Notes: generated from the letters alone by a model not told the origin. 64,000 bases of DNA from an uncultured Bacillota bacterium (GCA_948907985.1 CAQWMM010000002.1:7660-71659); one strand, 5' to 3'; positions 53,829 through 62,768 are shown, counted from the first letter of the stretch. Numbers and translations: made by a program.

Positions 53829-55136
53829 ATGTTTAAGCGCATTATCAGGCAGATTCAGCAGGCTGAAACTATCGGCCATACCGGAAAAATTGAGAATATT
53901 GTGGGCATGTCGATCGAGGCCAGCGGGCTTAAGGCGGCGGTGGGCGATATTTGCCGGATATACAGCGACGACGCCGGCGGCCAGATTAACGCCGAGGTAG
54001 TGGGGTTTCGGGACGACCGGGTTTTGCTGATGCCCTACTCGGAGATGAGCGGTATATCGGCGGGAAACTTTGTGCGTACCTCCGGCCAGCAGCTGCGCCT
54101 GCGCGTGGGCTCTTTCCTTAAGGGACGGATTATCAATGCGCTGGGCCAGCCGATTGACGATTTGGGGCCGTTTTCCGGCGGGGTTTCTTATTGTATCGGC
54201 GGCGGTTATATTAATCCGCTGACCAGACCGCCGATTAGAGAAAAAATGGAGTTTGGCATTAAAGCAATCGACGGCTTGCTGACCATTGGCAAAGGGCAGC
54301 GTATGGGCATTTTTGCCGGCTCTGGCGTGGGCAAAAGTACTTTGATGGGTATGATTGCCAAGAATGTTAAGGCGGATATCAACGTAATCGCTCTGGTGGG
54401 TGAGCGCGGCCGCGAGGTTTTGGAATTTGTGCAGAAAGATTTGGGCGAGGAGGGCATGCGCCGTTCTATTTTGGTGGTGGCTACTTCCGATCAGCCGGCC
54501 ATGCTGCGGATGCGCTGCCCCTCGGTGGCCACGGGCATTGCCGAGTATTTCCGGGATCAGGGTTATGACGTTCTGTTGATGATGGATTCGCTGACGCGTT
54601 TTGCCATGGCCCAGCGCGAAATTGGTCTGGCGATTGGCGAACCGCCGGTAGCGCGGGGTTATACCCCCTCCATTTATGCGGAGCTGCCCAAACTGTTGGA
54701 GCGCAGCGGCAACTTTAAAAAGGGTTCGATCACCGGTATTTATACGGTGTTGGTGGAGGGTGACGACACCAACGAACCGATTGCCGATACGGTGCGCGGT
54801 ATTTTGGACGGCCATATTGTGCTTTCGCGCAGTTTGGCGGCGGCCAACCATTATCCGGCGATTGATATTAGCGCCAGTATTTCCCGTTTGATGATTGAAT
54901 TGGTGCCGGAAGAACATCAACGCCTGGCCTCTCGCCTACGGGATATTTTAAGCGTGTATGAAAAAAATTCTGATCTGGTTTCGATCGGCGCTTATAAATC
55001 GGGCAGCAACCCGCGCCTGGATTTTGCGCTGACGAAAATTGACGAAATAAATCAATATCTAATGCAGGGAATTAACGAATCATTTTCTTATGACCAATGT
55101 CTGGCCGAAATGAGGAAAATTATCGGGAACGTTTGA
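53829..55136 (+). CDS. fliI: flagellum-specific ATP synthase FliI
   Basis: Walker A GSGVGKST, Walker B LLMMDSLTR; 435 aa. Confidence 0.95.
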   Translation: MFKRIIRQIQQAETIGHTGKIENIVGMSIEASGLKAAVGDICRIYSDDAGGQINAEVVGFRDDRVLLMPYSEMSGISAGNFVRTSGQQLRLRVGSFLKGRIINALGQPIDDLGPFSGGVSYCIGGGYINPLTRPPIREKMEFGIKAIDGLLTIGKGQRMGIFAGSGVGKSTLMGMIAKNVKADINVIALVGERGREVLEFVQKDLGEEGMRRSILVVATSDQPAMLRMRCPSVATGIAEYFRDQGYDVLLMMDSLTRFAMAQREIGLAIGEPPVARGYTPSIYAELPKLLERSGNFKKGSITGIYTVLVEGDDTNEPIADTVRGILDGHIVLSRSLAAANHYPAIDISASISRLMIELVPEEHQRLASRLRDILSVYEKNSDLVSIGAYKSGSNPRLDFALTKIDEINQYLMQGINESFSYDQCLAEMRKIIGNV

Positions 55137-55164
55137 GTTTTTTTGAAAAAAGAGGCAAAGAACG

Positions 55165-55614
55165 ATGAAAAAATTTCAATTCAAGTTAGATACGGTAATG
55201 GATTATAAACAGCAGGTTTTGGAAAACCGCCTTGTTGAACATGGCGCAGCGGCAGCGCGCGCCCAGGCGCAGCAAGAAGTTTTTGAGCAGGTTTTGGAGC
55301 GGCGCACCGAATATGAAGACGAATACCGGCAGAAAAAAACCGAGGGCCTGAATATCTGGGAACTGCAAATGTATCAGGACTGCCTGGAGGCGCTGCACCG
55401 GGAAGAAACCCGCGAGCAGGAACGTTTGAACCAACTGCGCAGGATAGAAGAGGAAAAAAGAAGCCGGGTGATCGAATCCCGAACGGAAACCGCCACCCTG
55501 GAGAAACTGCGCGATATTAAACATAAGGAATATCTAAAAGAGATGCAAAAAGAAGACGAGCGGTTTATTGACGATTTGACAGCCGCCCGGCGTTTTATGG
55601 CAAGCAACGCTTGA
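55165..55614 (+). CDS. fliJ: flagellar export chaperone FliJ
   Basis: 149 aa coiled-coil protein beginning MKKFQFKLDTVMDYK, immediately after fliI. Confidence 0.75.
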   Translation: MKKFQFKLDTVMDYKQQVLENRLVEHGAAAARAQAQQEVFEQVLERRTEYEDEYRQKKTEGLNIWELQMYQDCLEALHREETREQERLNQLRRIEEEKRSRVIESRTETATLEKLRDIKHKEYLKEMQKEDERFIDDLTAARRFMASNA

Positions 55615-55661
55615 TAAGCGTATACATATAGTTAGCAGTAAATAGTTTGGAGGTGAAAAAC

Positions 55662-56903
55662 ATGAATGTAAATTCTATGTATCAGCTGATGGGCGCGGTT
55701 CAGAAAAATCCGCAGGTTGTGGGCGAGGCCGTGGCTAACGGCGCAGGCGTGGCTTTTGAGGATATGCTTCAGCAGGCCAGCCAGAAACCGGCAGCCAGCC
55801 AGAACAAACAGCCGGCGGCAAATGATAAGAAACCGGCCGAAACCAAAGACGGCAAGGCGGATTCTGCCAAGGGCCAAACCAATCAGCAGGAACAGACCAA
55901 TGCGGAAAAACCGGTTGTTGCCGAACAGGACGCGCAGGAAAAACAGCAGGTTTTGGCGGCAGCGCTGGTAACCAGCCAACCTGTGCAGGTTATGCAGATT
56001 TTAACGCCGGAACAGCAGACTGAGGCGGTATCCACCGGGCTGGCAGTTAATGAAAATCTACCTTTGGCGGCGGACAACACAACGCCCGGCGCTGGCAATG
56101 CAGCGGCGGCGCTGAACTTGCCGCAGAACGAGATTCAGACGACGCAAACCGGCCCGATTGTGCAGACGCCGACAAATCAGCAGCAGACCGAAGTTTTGCC
56201 GCAGGCAAACCTGGCAGCTCCGACGCAGACGGCGGAACAGCCGCCGGAAATGTTGCAGAATACTGCGCCGCAGGCCGAGGTTCAGCAGGCGGAACAGAAT
56301 ATGCCTAAGCTGACTGTTGCCGAAACGAAGGGCAATGAAACCGCTAATCAGCAGGGCCAGACCGAAGAGGGCCGCGACGAGGCGGCAGCTATGCAAACGC
56401 CGGTTTTTGGCAGCGGAAACGCCGTGCCGGTTAAGGTGGCGGAAAATGTTGCGGAACAAACTTTGGAGCCGGCAGCCGACGATGCGGCGGAACAGCTGGC
56501 GCAGAAGATTAATCAGGCCTTAATTCAGGGCGAATCCAAAATCACTCTGAACCTGAACCCGGCTAATCTGGGCAGTTTGACGGTGGAGATCGCCAGAATG
56601 GGCGACGGTACTCTGACTGTGCTTTTAAGCGCGGTTACAGAAAAAGCGGCCGGCCTTTTGGATAAGCACAGCGGCAGCCTGCAAAACCTGTTGGCGGGCA
56701 ATATGCCGGGCACAGTGCGCGTGGAAGTGGAAAACCGCACGCCGGACGCAAACCAGCAGCAGTTTTTGAACCCCGATCAGCAACAGGAGCAAGGCCGCCA
56801 GGAATCCCGGCAGCAGCACCGTCAGGAAGACAGCCAGACGGACGGTCAGACGCAGGTTGATTTTATGCAGCAGCTGCGTTTGGGATTGATTGATTTGGAT
56901 TAA
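55662..56903 (+). CDS. fliK: flagellar hook-length control protein FliK
   Basis: Q/P/A-rich disordered body plus a C-terminal Flg_hook-type domain (ITLNLNPANLGSLTVEI). ATG 55662 is 7 nt after GGAGGTG. Confidence 0.8.
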   Translation: MNVNSMYQLMGAVQKNPQVVGEAVANGAGVAFEDMLQQASQKPAASQNKQPAANDKKPAETKDGKADSAKGQTNQQEQTNAEKPVVAEQDAQEKQQVLAAALVTSQPVQVMQILTPEQQTEAVSTGLAVNENLPLAADNTTPGAGNAAAALNLPQNEIQTTQTGPIVQTPTNQQQTEVLPQANLAAPTQTAEQPPEMLQNTAPQAEVQQAEQNMPKLTVAETKGNETANQQGQTEEGRDEAAAMQTPVFGSGNAVPVKVAENVAEQTLEPAADDAAEQLAQKINQALIQGESKITLNLNPANLGSLTVEIARMGDGTLTVLLSAVTEKAAGLLDKHSGSLQNLLAGNMPGTVRVEVENRTPDANQQQFLNPDQQQEQGRQESRQQHRQEDSQTDGQTQVDFMQQLRLGLIDLD

Positions 56904-56950
56904 TCCAAAGAAATTTAAATTGGGAATTTGCAGAAAGGAGAGGAAGAATT

Positions 56951-57601
56951 ATGGCATTTATGACAGACGCCGCCGCTGTGCTGGGCAAGACTGAAGAACT
57001 TATAAACACCAAACACAGTACCAGCAAAAAGGCCGGCAAGGATTTGGATACCACCGATTTTTTAACCTTGATGTGCGCAATGTTTCAAAATCAGGATATT
57101 GACAACACGGCCTCTACAACGGATATGATGAATCAGATGGTGCAGATTTCGGTTATTCAGGCGATTACGGATATCAGCACACTGATTAACGACACCAGCA
57201 CCCTGACTTATGCCTCCTCACTGGTGGGGCAGACGGTTACTATAGGCCAGTATGACGGCACAACTTTGAATGAAACCGTTGGCACCGTTACAGGTACCGG
57301 CATGCTGAACGGCGAGCAGGTTATTTTCATCGGTGATGACGTTTATAAGCTATCCGACGTTATGGCGGTGGGCAAACTGCCGGCAAACCGTGAGCCTGTG
57401 GAAACGGATAAACCGGAGGATACAACAACCAAGCCCACAGATAAGCCGGAAACCACCGCGCCTACGGATAAGACCGAAACGCCGGTCGACAAAACCGAGG
57501 ACGCCGCGAACAGCCAGAACAACACGGGCAATGACAGCAAAACCAGAAACAAAACTAATAACGGCGAGGCGCAGGCCAACCCGGAAGTAAGAATGGCCTA
57601 A
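56951..57601 (+). CDS. flgD: flagellar hook assembly (capping) protein FlgD
   Basis: DTTDFLTLMCAMFQNQD motif typical of FlgD. Low-complexity TDKPE-type repeats at the C-terminus. Confidence 0.85.
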   Translation: MAFMTDAAAVLGKTEELINTKHSTSKKAGKDLDTTDFLTLMCAMFQNQDIDNTASTTDMMNQMVQISVIQAITDISTLINDTSTLTYASSLVGQTVTIGQYDGTTLNETVGTVTGTGMLNGEQVIFIGDDVYKLSDVMAVGKLPANREPVETDKPEDTTTKPTDKPETTAPTDKTETPVDKTEDAANSQNNTGNDSKTRNKTNNGEAQANPEVRMA

Positions 57602-57681
57602 CTTAAACAGGCATTGGCGGGCGGATTTTGACTTTGGTATGGGATTTGCCCAGCAGACAGAACAACAGGAGGTGAAAGGCA

Positions 57682-58053
57682 GTGATTGACCGCATCGGAG
57701 CGGCTAAGCCCTTGGGAACGACCGCGGCCAGCATAAAAAACAAGCAGTCGGATGCAGCTGACAAACCGGCTTTTGGCGATTTGCTGCGCAGTCAGGCGGC
57801 GCAGGTTAATTTTTCCAAACACGCCCTCAACCGGGTTGAAGAACGCGGTATTGAGTTGACTCCGGATTTGATGGATAAACTGGCTGGTTCGGTGGAAAAA
57901 GCGCAGGAAAAGGGCGCGGTGAATATTTTGGCCTTTGGCGCGGAACAGGCGTTTATCATCAATGTGCCGCACAGCCGAGTAATCACCACCATAACCCAGG
58001 AGGAATTGAAAGAAAAAGTTTTTACCAATATTGACGCCGCAGTTTTATTGTAA
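57682..58053 (+). CDS. flagellar operon protein of the TIGR02530 type
   Basis: 123 aa. FSKHALNRVEERGIELTP...VNILAFG...AFIINVPHSRVITT is the pattern I recall for TIGR02530. Sits between flgD and flgE as in other Clostridia. GTG is 7 nt after GGAGGTG. Confidence 0.65.
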   Translation: MIDRIGAAKPLGTTAASIKNKQSDAADKPAFGDLLRSQAAQVNFSKHALNRVEERGIELTPDLMDKLAGSVEKAQEKGAVNILAFGAEQAFIINVPHSRVITTITQEELKEKVFTNIDAAVLL

Positions 58054-58150
58054 TTGGTCTTACTGGGAAATTGCAGGGGGGCGGCCCGATTGACCGCCGC
58101 CCGCTGCGGCAGCTAAAAAAAGAATTAGGAGAGAGAGGAGTACATATAAT

Positions 58151-59287
58151 ATGACAGGAGCTATGTATGCAGCGGTTTCCGGTTTGCGGGCGCATATGAA
58201 TGCGCTCAATGTAATCGGCAACAATATTGCGAACATTAACACCAACGCCTATAAAGCGTCGCGTTATGTTTTTGCGGAGGAGCTTTATACCAACGTTAAA
58301 GCTGGTTCTGACGGTTCGCCGACTAAGGGTGGCACCAACCCGGCGCAGATTGGCTATGGTGTTAATGTCGGACAGATTGATATTGATATGAGCACCAAAA
58401 ACTATACGCCTACCGGTCGTCCGTTTGACGTTACGATTGACGGCGACGGCTTTTTGCTGGTGGGCAACAAAGACTTGGGGCCTTTTAATAATATGAGCGA
58501 GGCCAAAGCCTTATATTTAACGCGTTTGGGCAATTTAGACTGGAAAGACGGCTATCTGGTTGATGGTGAGGGCAACTGCGTTTATGGCTGGAACGAGGTT
58601 GGCCTGGGCGAGGATGGCACCGCTCCCGACGGCGTTACCGTTGATCCGGATCAAAACACTTTTACCTCCCGGGTTTTGGCTCCCGTACAGGTTCCTTATA
58701 TGACGCATACCGGCGAATTGCTTTGGCCGTCTGTGAAGACAGAGGGAGCCGAAGGTACGTCAGCTGTAATTGATTTTGAACGCGACGCTAATGGTAATGT
58801 AACGTATGAGGGCGTGGAAGACGCGCCGGAGGGATTCCCCAAGCGGGCGGTTCTGGACAGTATGACTATTGATGAAAACGGTCAGATTACCGGTACAATT
58901 AAAGCCAGCGGTCAGGTGGTGGTTCTGGGTTATGTGGCGGTTGGCCAGGTGGATAGCCCCAACGGCGTAACACACGTTGACGGACACTATTATCAGGCTT
59001 TGCCGGGCGCCGGCAATTTGCATATCGCAACTATGGGCAAAATGCTTACGCCAAACGCAGCAATGTCTGATGAACAGCGAGATAATATAGCTGCTATTTC
59101 TGACGGTTTGGATATTGAAGATGCCGGCGATACCTATTTTGTGCCCAATGGTCTGGAAAGTTCCGGCACCGAACTGGCCACGGAAATTTCCAATATGATT
59201 ATGATGCAGCGTGGTTATCAGGCCAACACCCGTATCATTACGGTTACGGACTCTATGCTGGAAGAACTTGTGAACATGAAGAGATAA
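58151..59287 (+). CDS. flgE: flagellar hook protein FlgE
   Basis: N-terminal MYAAVSGLRAHMNALNVIGNNIANINT and C-terminal MIMMQRGYQANTRIITVTDSMLEELVNM rod/hook motifs. Confidence 0.9.
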   Translation: MTGAMYAAVSGLRAHMNALNVIGNNIANINTNAYKASRYVFAEELYTNVKAGSDGSPTKGGTNPAQIGYGVNVGQIDIDMSTKNYTPTGRPFDVTIDGDGFLLVGNKDLGPFNNMSEAKALYLTRLGNLDWKDGYLVDGEGNCVYGWNEVGLGEDGTAPDGVTVDPDQNTFTSRVLAPVQVPYMTHTGELLWPSVKTEGAEGTSAVIDFERDANGNVTYEGVEDAPEGFPKRAVLDSMTIDENGQITGTIKASGQVVVLGYVAVGQVDSPNGVTHVDGHYYQALPGAGNLHIATMGKMLTPNAAMSDEQRDNIAAISDGLDIEDAGDTYFVPNGLESSGTELATEISNMIMMQRGYQANTRIITVTDSMLEELVNMKR

Positions 59288-59296
59288 GCCCTCTCA

Positions 59297-59347
59297 GGCA
59301 ATTAAACCCTAAAGGGTTTTAATTGCCAGCTCCCCCAGAGGGGGAGC
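59297..59347 (+). promoter_or_regulatory. two tandem stable hairpins immediately after the flgE stop codon
   Basis: ggcaattaaaccct / agggttttaattgcc (59297-59327) and gctcccc / ggggagc (59329-59347). No clear U-run follows. Confidence 0.5.
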
Positions 59348-59525
59348 CAGGCATATTTCTAATGAAAGTATGAGGTTAAGCCGAGTGTTTATGGTCTGCT
59401 TGGCTTGCCTCTCCCTTTGGCGTAAGTGCAGCAAAGCAGCAGAGAGGTGGCTTATCCGGCAAAGCCGGGTAAGACGGAGAGGGTAAACAGGACAGAAAAA
59501 CAAATCTTATAGGGGATAATACATT

Positions 59526-59744
59526 ATGATTGTTTTAACCAAAATGAACGACGAAAGATTTTTGATTAATCACAACCAGATTGAGTGCATCGAGCTGATC
59601 CCGGAGTGCAAAGTTGTGATGATGAACCATGATTATTATTTGGTGCAGGAAACTGCTGATGAAATAATCCAGAAAATTTCGGATTATAGCGCTAAGGTTA
59701 TGGATATTCACCGTTCCCTGCAAGTCGTTGACCGCAGAAAATAA
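59526..59744 (+). CDS. flbD: flagellar protein FlbD
   Basis: 72 aa. MIVLTKMNDERFLINHNQIECIE...YYLVQETADEI is a typical FlbD sequence. Confidence 0.85.
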   Translation: MIVLTKMNDERFLINHNQIECIELIPECKVVMMNHDYYLVQETADEIIQKISDYSAKVMDIHRSLQVVDRRK

Positions 59745-59769
59745 TAGAACGTGAGGATAGGAATTTAAA

Positions 59770-60594
59770 ATGAATATAACATATATAGTTGGTGTGCTTA
59801 TCGCCATTGCAGTTATGATTTTGGGTATGGCCAATGGTTTTCCGCCTTATGAGTTTGAAAAGGTTGGCAATTTCTTTGACGCGCCCAGTATTATGATTGT
59901 TATTGGCTGTACGCTGGCCGTTGTGGTGGCCAGCTTCCCCGCCAATATGCTTAAATCTATCCCGGGGCATTTTAAGGTTATGCTGAATGCCAAGAAGAAC
60001 GATCCCACCTATTATATTGATCAGCTGGTAACGCTGGCGCAGGCGGCCAGAAAAGACGGCTTGCTGGCCTTGGAGGGCCTGGCTAACGACCAGGAGGACC
60101 CCTTTTTTAAGCAGGCGATTATGCTGATTGTGGACGCTAACGATCCCGATCGGGTGCGCAGCATTTTGGAAAACGATATTGAATGTATGTCGGCCCGGCA
60201 CGAGGCGGCGGCGGCCCTTTATGATAAGGGTTCGGCTGTGGCCCCGGCTTTTGGTATGATCGGTACCCTGGTGGGTTTGATTAATATGCTTAAGGGCCTG
60301 AACCTCGACAGCAGCGAGGGCTCTTCCAACATCGGCGCGGATATGAGCGTAGCTTTGATTACCACTTTATATGGCTGTATCCTGGCGCATATGATTTTTG
60401 GCCCGATTGCCAATAACCTGCGCACCCGCGACGAGGAAGAGGTTTTGTGCAAGCAGATTATTGTGGAGGGTATCACCTGTATCCAGGCCGGCGAGAACCC
60501 CAAGCTGCTGCGTGAAAAGCTGCTGACTTTTGTATCCCAGAAAATGCGCGACGCCGATATGGCTGCTAATAACAGCAAAAAGGGCGGCGAATAA
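59770..60594 (+). CDS. motA: flagellar stator protein MotA
   Basis: 274 aa MotA/TolQ/ExbB-type channel with AFGMIGTLVGLINML and TTLYGCILAHMIFGPIANNL. Confidence 0.85.
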   Translation: MNITYIVGVLIAIAVMILGMANGFPPYEFEKVGNFFDAPSIMIVIGCTLAVVVASFPANMLKSIPGHFKVMLNAKKNDPTYYIDQLVTLAQAARKDGLLALEGLANDQEDPFFKQAIMLIVDANDPDRVRSILENDIECMSARHEAAAALYDKGSAVAPAFGMIGTLVGLINMLKGLNLDSSEGSSNIGADMSVALITTLYGCILAHMIFGPIANNLRTRDEEEVLCKQIIVEGITCIQAGENPKLLREKLLTFVSQKMRDADMAANNSKKGGE

Positions 60595-60612
60595 AAGCGA
60601 GGTGGCTGCCAA

Positions 60613-61431
60613 ATGATGAAGAAGAAGAAAAGCCCCGGCGGCGCCAACTGGATGGATACTTACGGCGATATGGTAACGTTGCTGCTCTGCTTTTTTGTGC
60701 TGCTGTACGCGATGTCGTCCATTGACGAAGTTAAATGGCTGGCGCTGGTTAAAAGCTTTAATCCGGACGCGGTGGTGGAGGCGCGCGAAACTCCCGGCAG
60801 TGACGGGCCTATGGCCGATCCCTCTGATGGTCTAGGTATGCAGTCCGGCGCTATGCCGGAGGCCGTCAGCCAGGAAGAAGTTGACGGCGCTATGGATATG
60901 CTCTATGAAAAGCTTAAGGAATACGCTGAGCAAAGCGATTCTTCGCAGAGCATTGAGGTTATCCAGGGCGACGGTTATGTTTTTATCTCCTTTGAGAACG
61001 CGGTGATTTTTGGCGGCAACAGCTATACGCTGCGCCCGGAGGGCGAAAAGGTTTTGTCCGATATTTCCTCAATCTTTAACGAGGTTGTTAAATATGTGGA
61101 CGAGATCCGCGTTATGGGCCACACCGCCCAGGCCAGCCCCGACCGTGCCAATATTGTGGTGGAGGATAGATTGCTTTCGGCGGAGCGTGCCGCCATGGCG
61201 ACCTATTTTATCCAGATTAACTGCAATATTGATCCGGCGCGTATAATCAGCGTGGGCTATGGCCAGCACCGGCCGATTGCGCCCAACGATGTGGAGGCAA
61301 ACCGCAGCCATAACCGCCGCGTGGAAATTACGGTTACCGGGCGTAATGTGGTGGATGAATTGAGCGATAGTTTGGTACGCTATAAACAACTGCGCGCCGG
61401 CGAAGCCGCATCGGAAACCGACGAACTTTAA
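60613..61431 (+). CDS. motB: flagellar stator protein MotB (OmpA-like C-domain)
   Basis: ANWMDTYGDMVTLLLCFFVLL plug/TM segment with the conserved Asp. C-terminal OmpA-like part with NRSHNRRVEI. Confidence 0.85.
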   Translation: MMKKKKSPGGANWMDTYGDMVTLLLCFFVLLYAMSSIDEVKWLALVKSFNPDAVVEARETPGSDGPMADPSDGLGMQSGAMPEAVSQEEVDGAMDMLYEKLKEYAEQSDSSQSIEVIQGDGYVFISFENAVIFGGNSYTLRPEGEKVLSDISSIFNEVVKYVDEIRVMGHTAQASPDRANIVVEDRLLSAERAAMATYFIQINCNIDPARIISVGYGQHRPIAPNDVEANRSHNRRVEITVTGRNVVDELSDSLVRYKQLRAGEAASETDEL

Positions 61432-61434
61432 GTG

Positions 61435-61562
61435 AACACTTAATGAAGCCAAGTCTGAAAGACGCCGGCTGAATTTAGCGACACGAAGTTAGTCCAGTCC
61501 GCTGGATGTGAACTTATCCATTCGACTTTAGGCGAATGGAAACCTTAAAAACACTTAATGAA
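61435..61562 (+). repeat. 13-nt direct repeat AACACTTAATGAA flanking a structured 102-nt segment
   Basis: Copies at 61435-61447 and 61550-61562. Between them lie the hairpins tccag/ctgga (about 61493-61506) and ccattcg/cgaatgg (61518-61538). Confidence 0.6.
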
Positions 61563-61603
61563 ATCGAGCCGGGAAAACGCTGTCAAAAGGTGGTGGGTGA
61601 TTA

Positions 61604-62680
61604 GTGGCAGGCGAATCTAAAACTGAAAAAGCCACGCCTAAAAAGCGACAGGACGAACGCAAAAAAGGCCATGTCTTTCTCAGCAAAGATGCGGTGGCAG
61701 TAGTCAGCCTGTTTGGCAGCGCTTTGATTTTGCGCCTGATGTTTGCGGTGGTGGTGGCCGTGATTTACGGCGTGTTCTACTACGCGATTCAGTGCGTGGC
61801 GCAGGCCCCTTTTGACACGCCGGACAACTATTATATTAAACCGCTGTTTTTTCAGCTGCTGACGGCGCTGGCCAAGTGCGCCGGCCCGCTGCTGCTGACA
61901 ACGGTGGCGCTGACGGTGATCGCCACTTTTGCCCAAACCAAAATGCTGGTTTCCAGCGAACTTTTGAAACCGAAATTTAACCGCATCAGCCCAATTCAAG
62001 GTTTTAAGCGGCTCTTTTCCCTGCGCAGTCTGGTAGAGGCCGCCAAGGGCATCTTAAAAATTTCAGTGTTGCTTTATCTGATTTATTCCTGCCTGACGGG
62101 TATCCTGCACGAATCCGCCACTTTCCTTTATATGGATATTGAGAGCGCCTGCCGCCACTTCTTTAACGAAATCTTTTTTATGATGCTGAAAGTCGGCGTG
62201 GCCTTTTTGGTGCTGGCCGCTCTGGACTATCTCTACCAATGGTGGGATTATGAACGGGAAATGAAGATGTCTAAGCAGGAGGTTAAAGAGGAATACAAGC
62301 AGATTGAGGGCGACCCGCAAATTAAGGGCAAGATTAAGGAAATGCAGCGGCGCATGGCCCAGCAGCGCATGATGCAGCAAGTGCCGCAGGCCGATGTGGT
62401 TATCCGTAACCCGAACCATTTTGCGGTGGCTTTGCGCTATAAACTGGGCGTGGACTCTGCGCCGGTTGTGCTGGCCAAGGGTATGGACGAACTGGCCCTG
62501 CGGATTGTGCGCGTGGCTGAAGAACATTCCGTCGTCGTGATTGAGAATGTGCCGGTGGCGCGGGCGCTTTATGCCCAAACCGAACTTAACCACGAAATCC
62601 CGCCGGAGCTGTACAGCGCGGTTGCCGAGGTTATGGTTTATATTTACAAGTTGGACGGACGCATAAACGAAGTAAGCTAA
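61604..62680 (+). CDS. flhB: flagellar export apparatus protein FlhB
   Basis: MAGESKTEKATPKKRQDERKKG N-terminus, four TM helices, KMSKQEVKEEYKQIEGDPQIKGKIKE. The autocleavage-site position reads NPNH (62408-62419). GTG start follows AGGTGGTG. Confidence 0.85.
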   Translation: MAGESKTEKATPKKRQDERKKGHVFLSKDAVAVVSLFGSALILRLMFAVVVAVIYGVFYYAIQCVAQAPFDTPDNYYIKPLFFQLLTALAKCAGPLLLTTVALTVIATFAQTKMLVSSELLKPKFNRISPIQGFKRLFSLRSLVEAAKGILKISVLLYLIYSCLTGILHESATFLYMDIESACRHFFNEIFFMMLKVGVAFLVLAALDYLYQWWDYEREMKMSKQEVKEEYKQIEGDPQIKGKIKEMQRRMAQQRMMQQVPQADVVIRNPNHFAVALRYKLGVDSAPVVLAKGMDELALRIVRVAEEHSVVVIENVPVARALYAQTELNHEIPPELYSAVAEVMVYIYKLDGRINEVS

Positions 62681-62709
62681 CAAATTTACAATATAAGGCA
62701 AATTAAGGA

Positions 62710-62760
62710 GTGGACAAACAGATAGGTTTAAAACTATTTGTTTGTCCACTTTGATTGTTT
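62710..62760 (+). terminator. strong intrinsic terminator after flhB
   Basis: gtggacaaacagata / tatttgtttgtccac form a 15-bp stem with one mismatch, followed by tttgattgttt. Confidence 0.7.
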
Positions 62761-62768
62761 AATAGCTA

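Noticed and set aside
53676-54920. 414-aa ORF on the minus strand, the longest unexplained ORF in the track
   Set aside because: It lies entirely antisense to fliI, whose Walker A/B motifs and full-length similarity make the + strand frame certain. Its translation is R/H/N/G/Q-rich low complexity, and it has no SD. Long open antisense frames are expected in GC-rich, codon-biased genes. The same reasoning applies to 52100-52963, 62063-62749, 47255-48169, 43177-44082, 36781-37689, 31046-31852, 17117-17986, 13282-14067, 11171-12094 and 10450-11148.
59309-59503. 64-aa minus-strand ORF, and a possible c-di-GMP riboswitch, in the flgE-flbD gap
   Set aside because: The ORF has no SD and is made of the complementary arms of hairpins. 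The GCAAAGC-like strings at about 59430-59465 are simple hairpin loops, and the GGCAAA...ACGCAAAGC arrangement of GEMM-I is absent. I therefore report the region only as unexplained structure.
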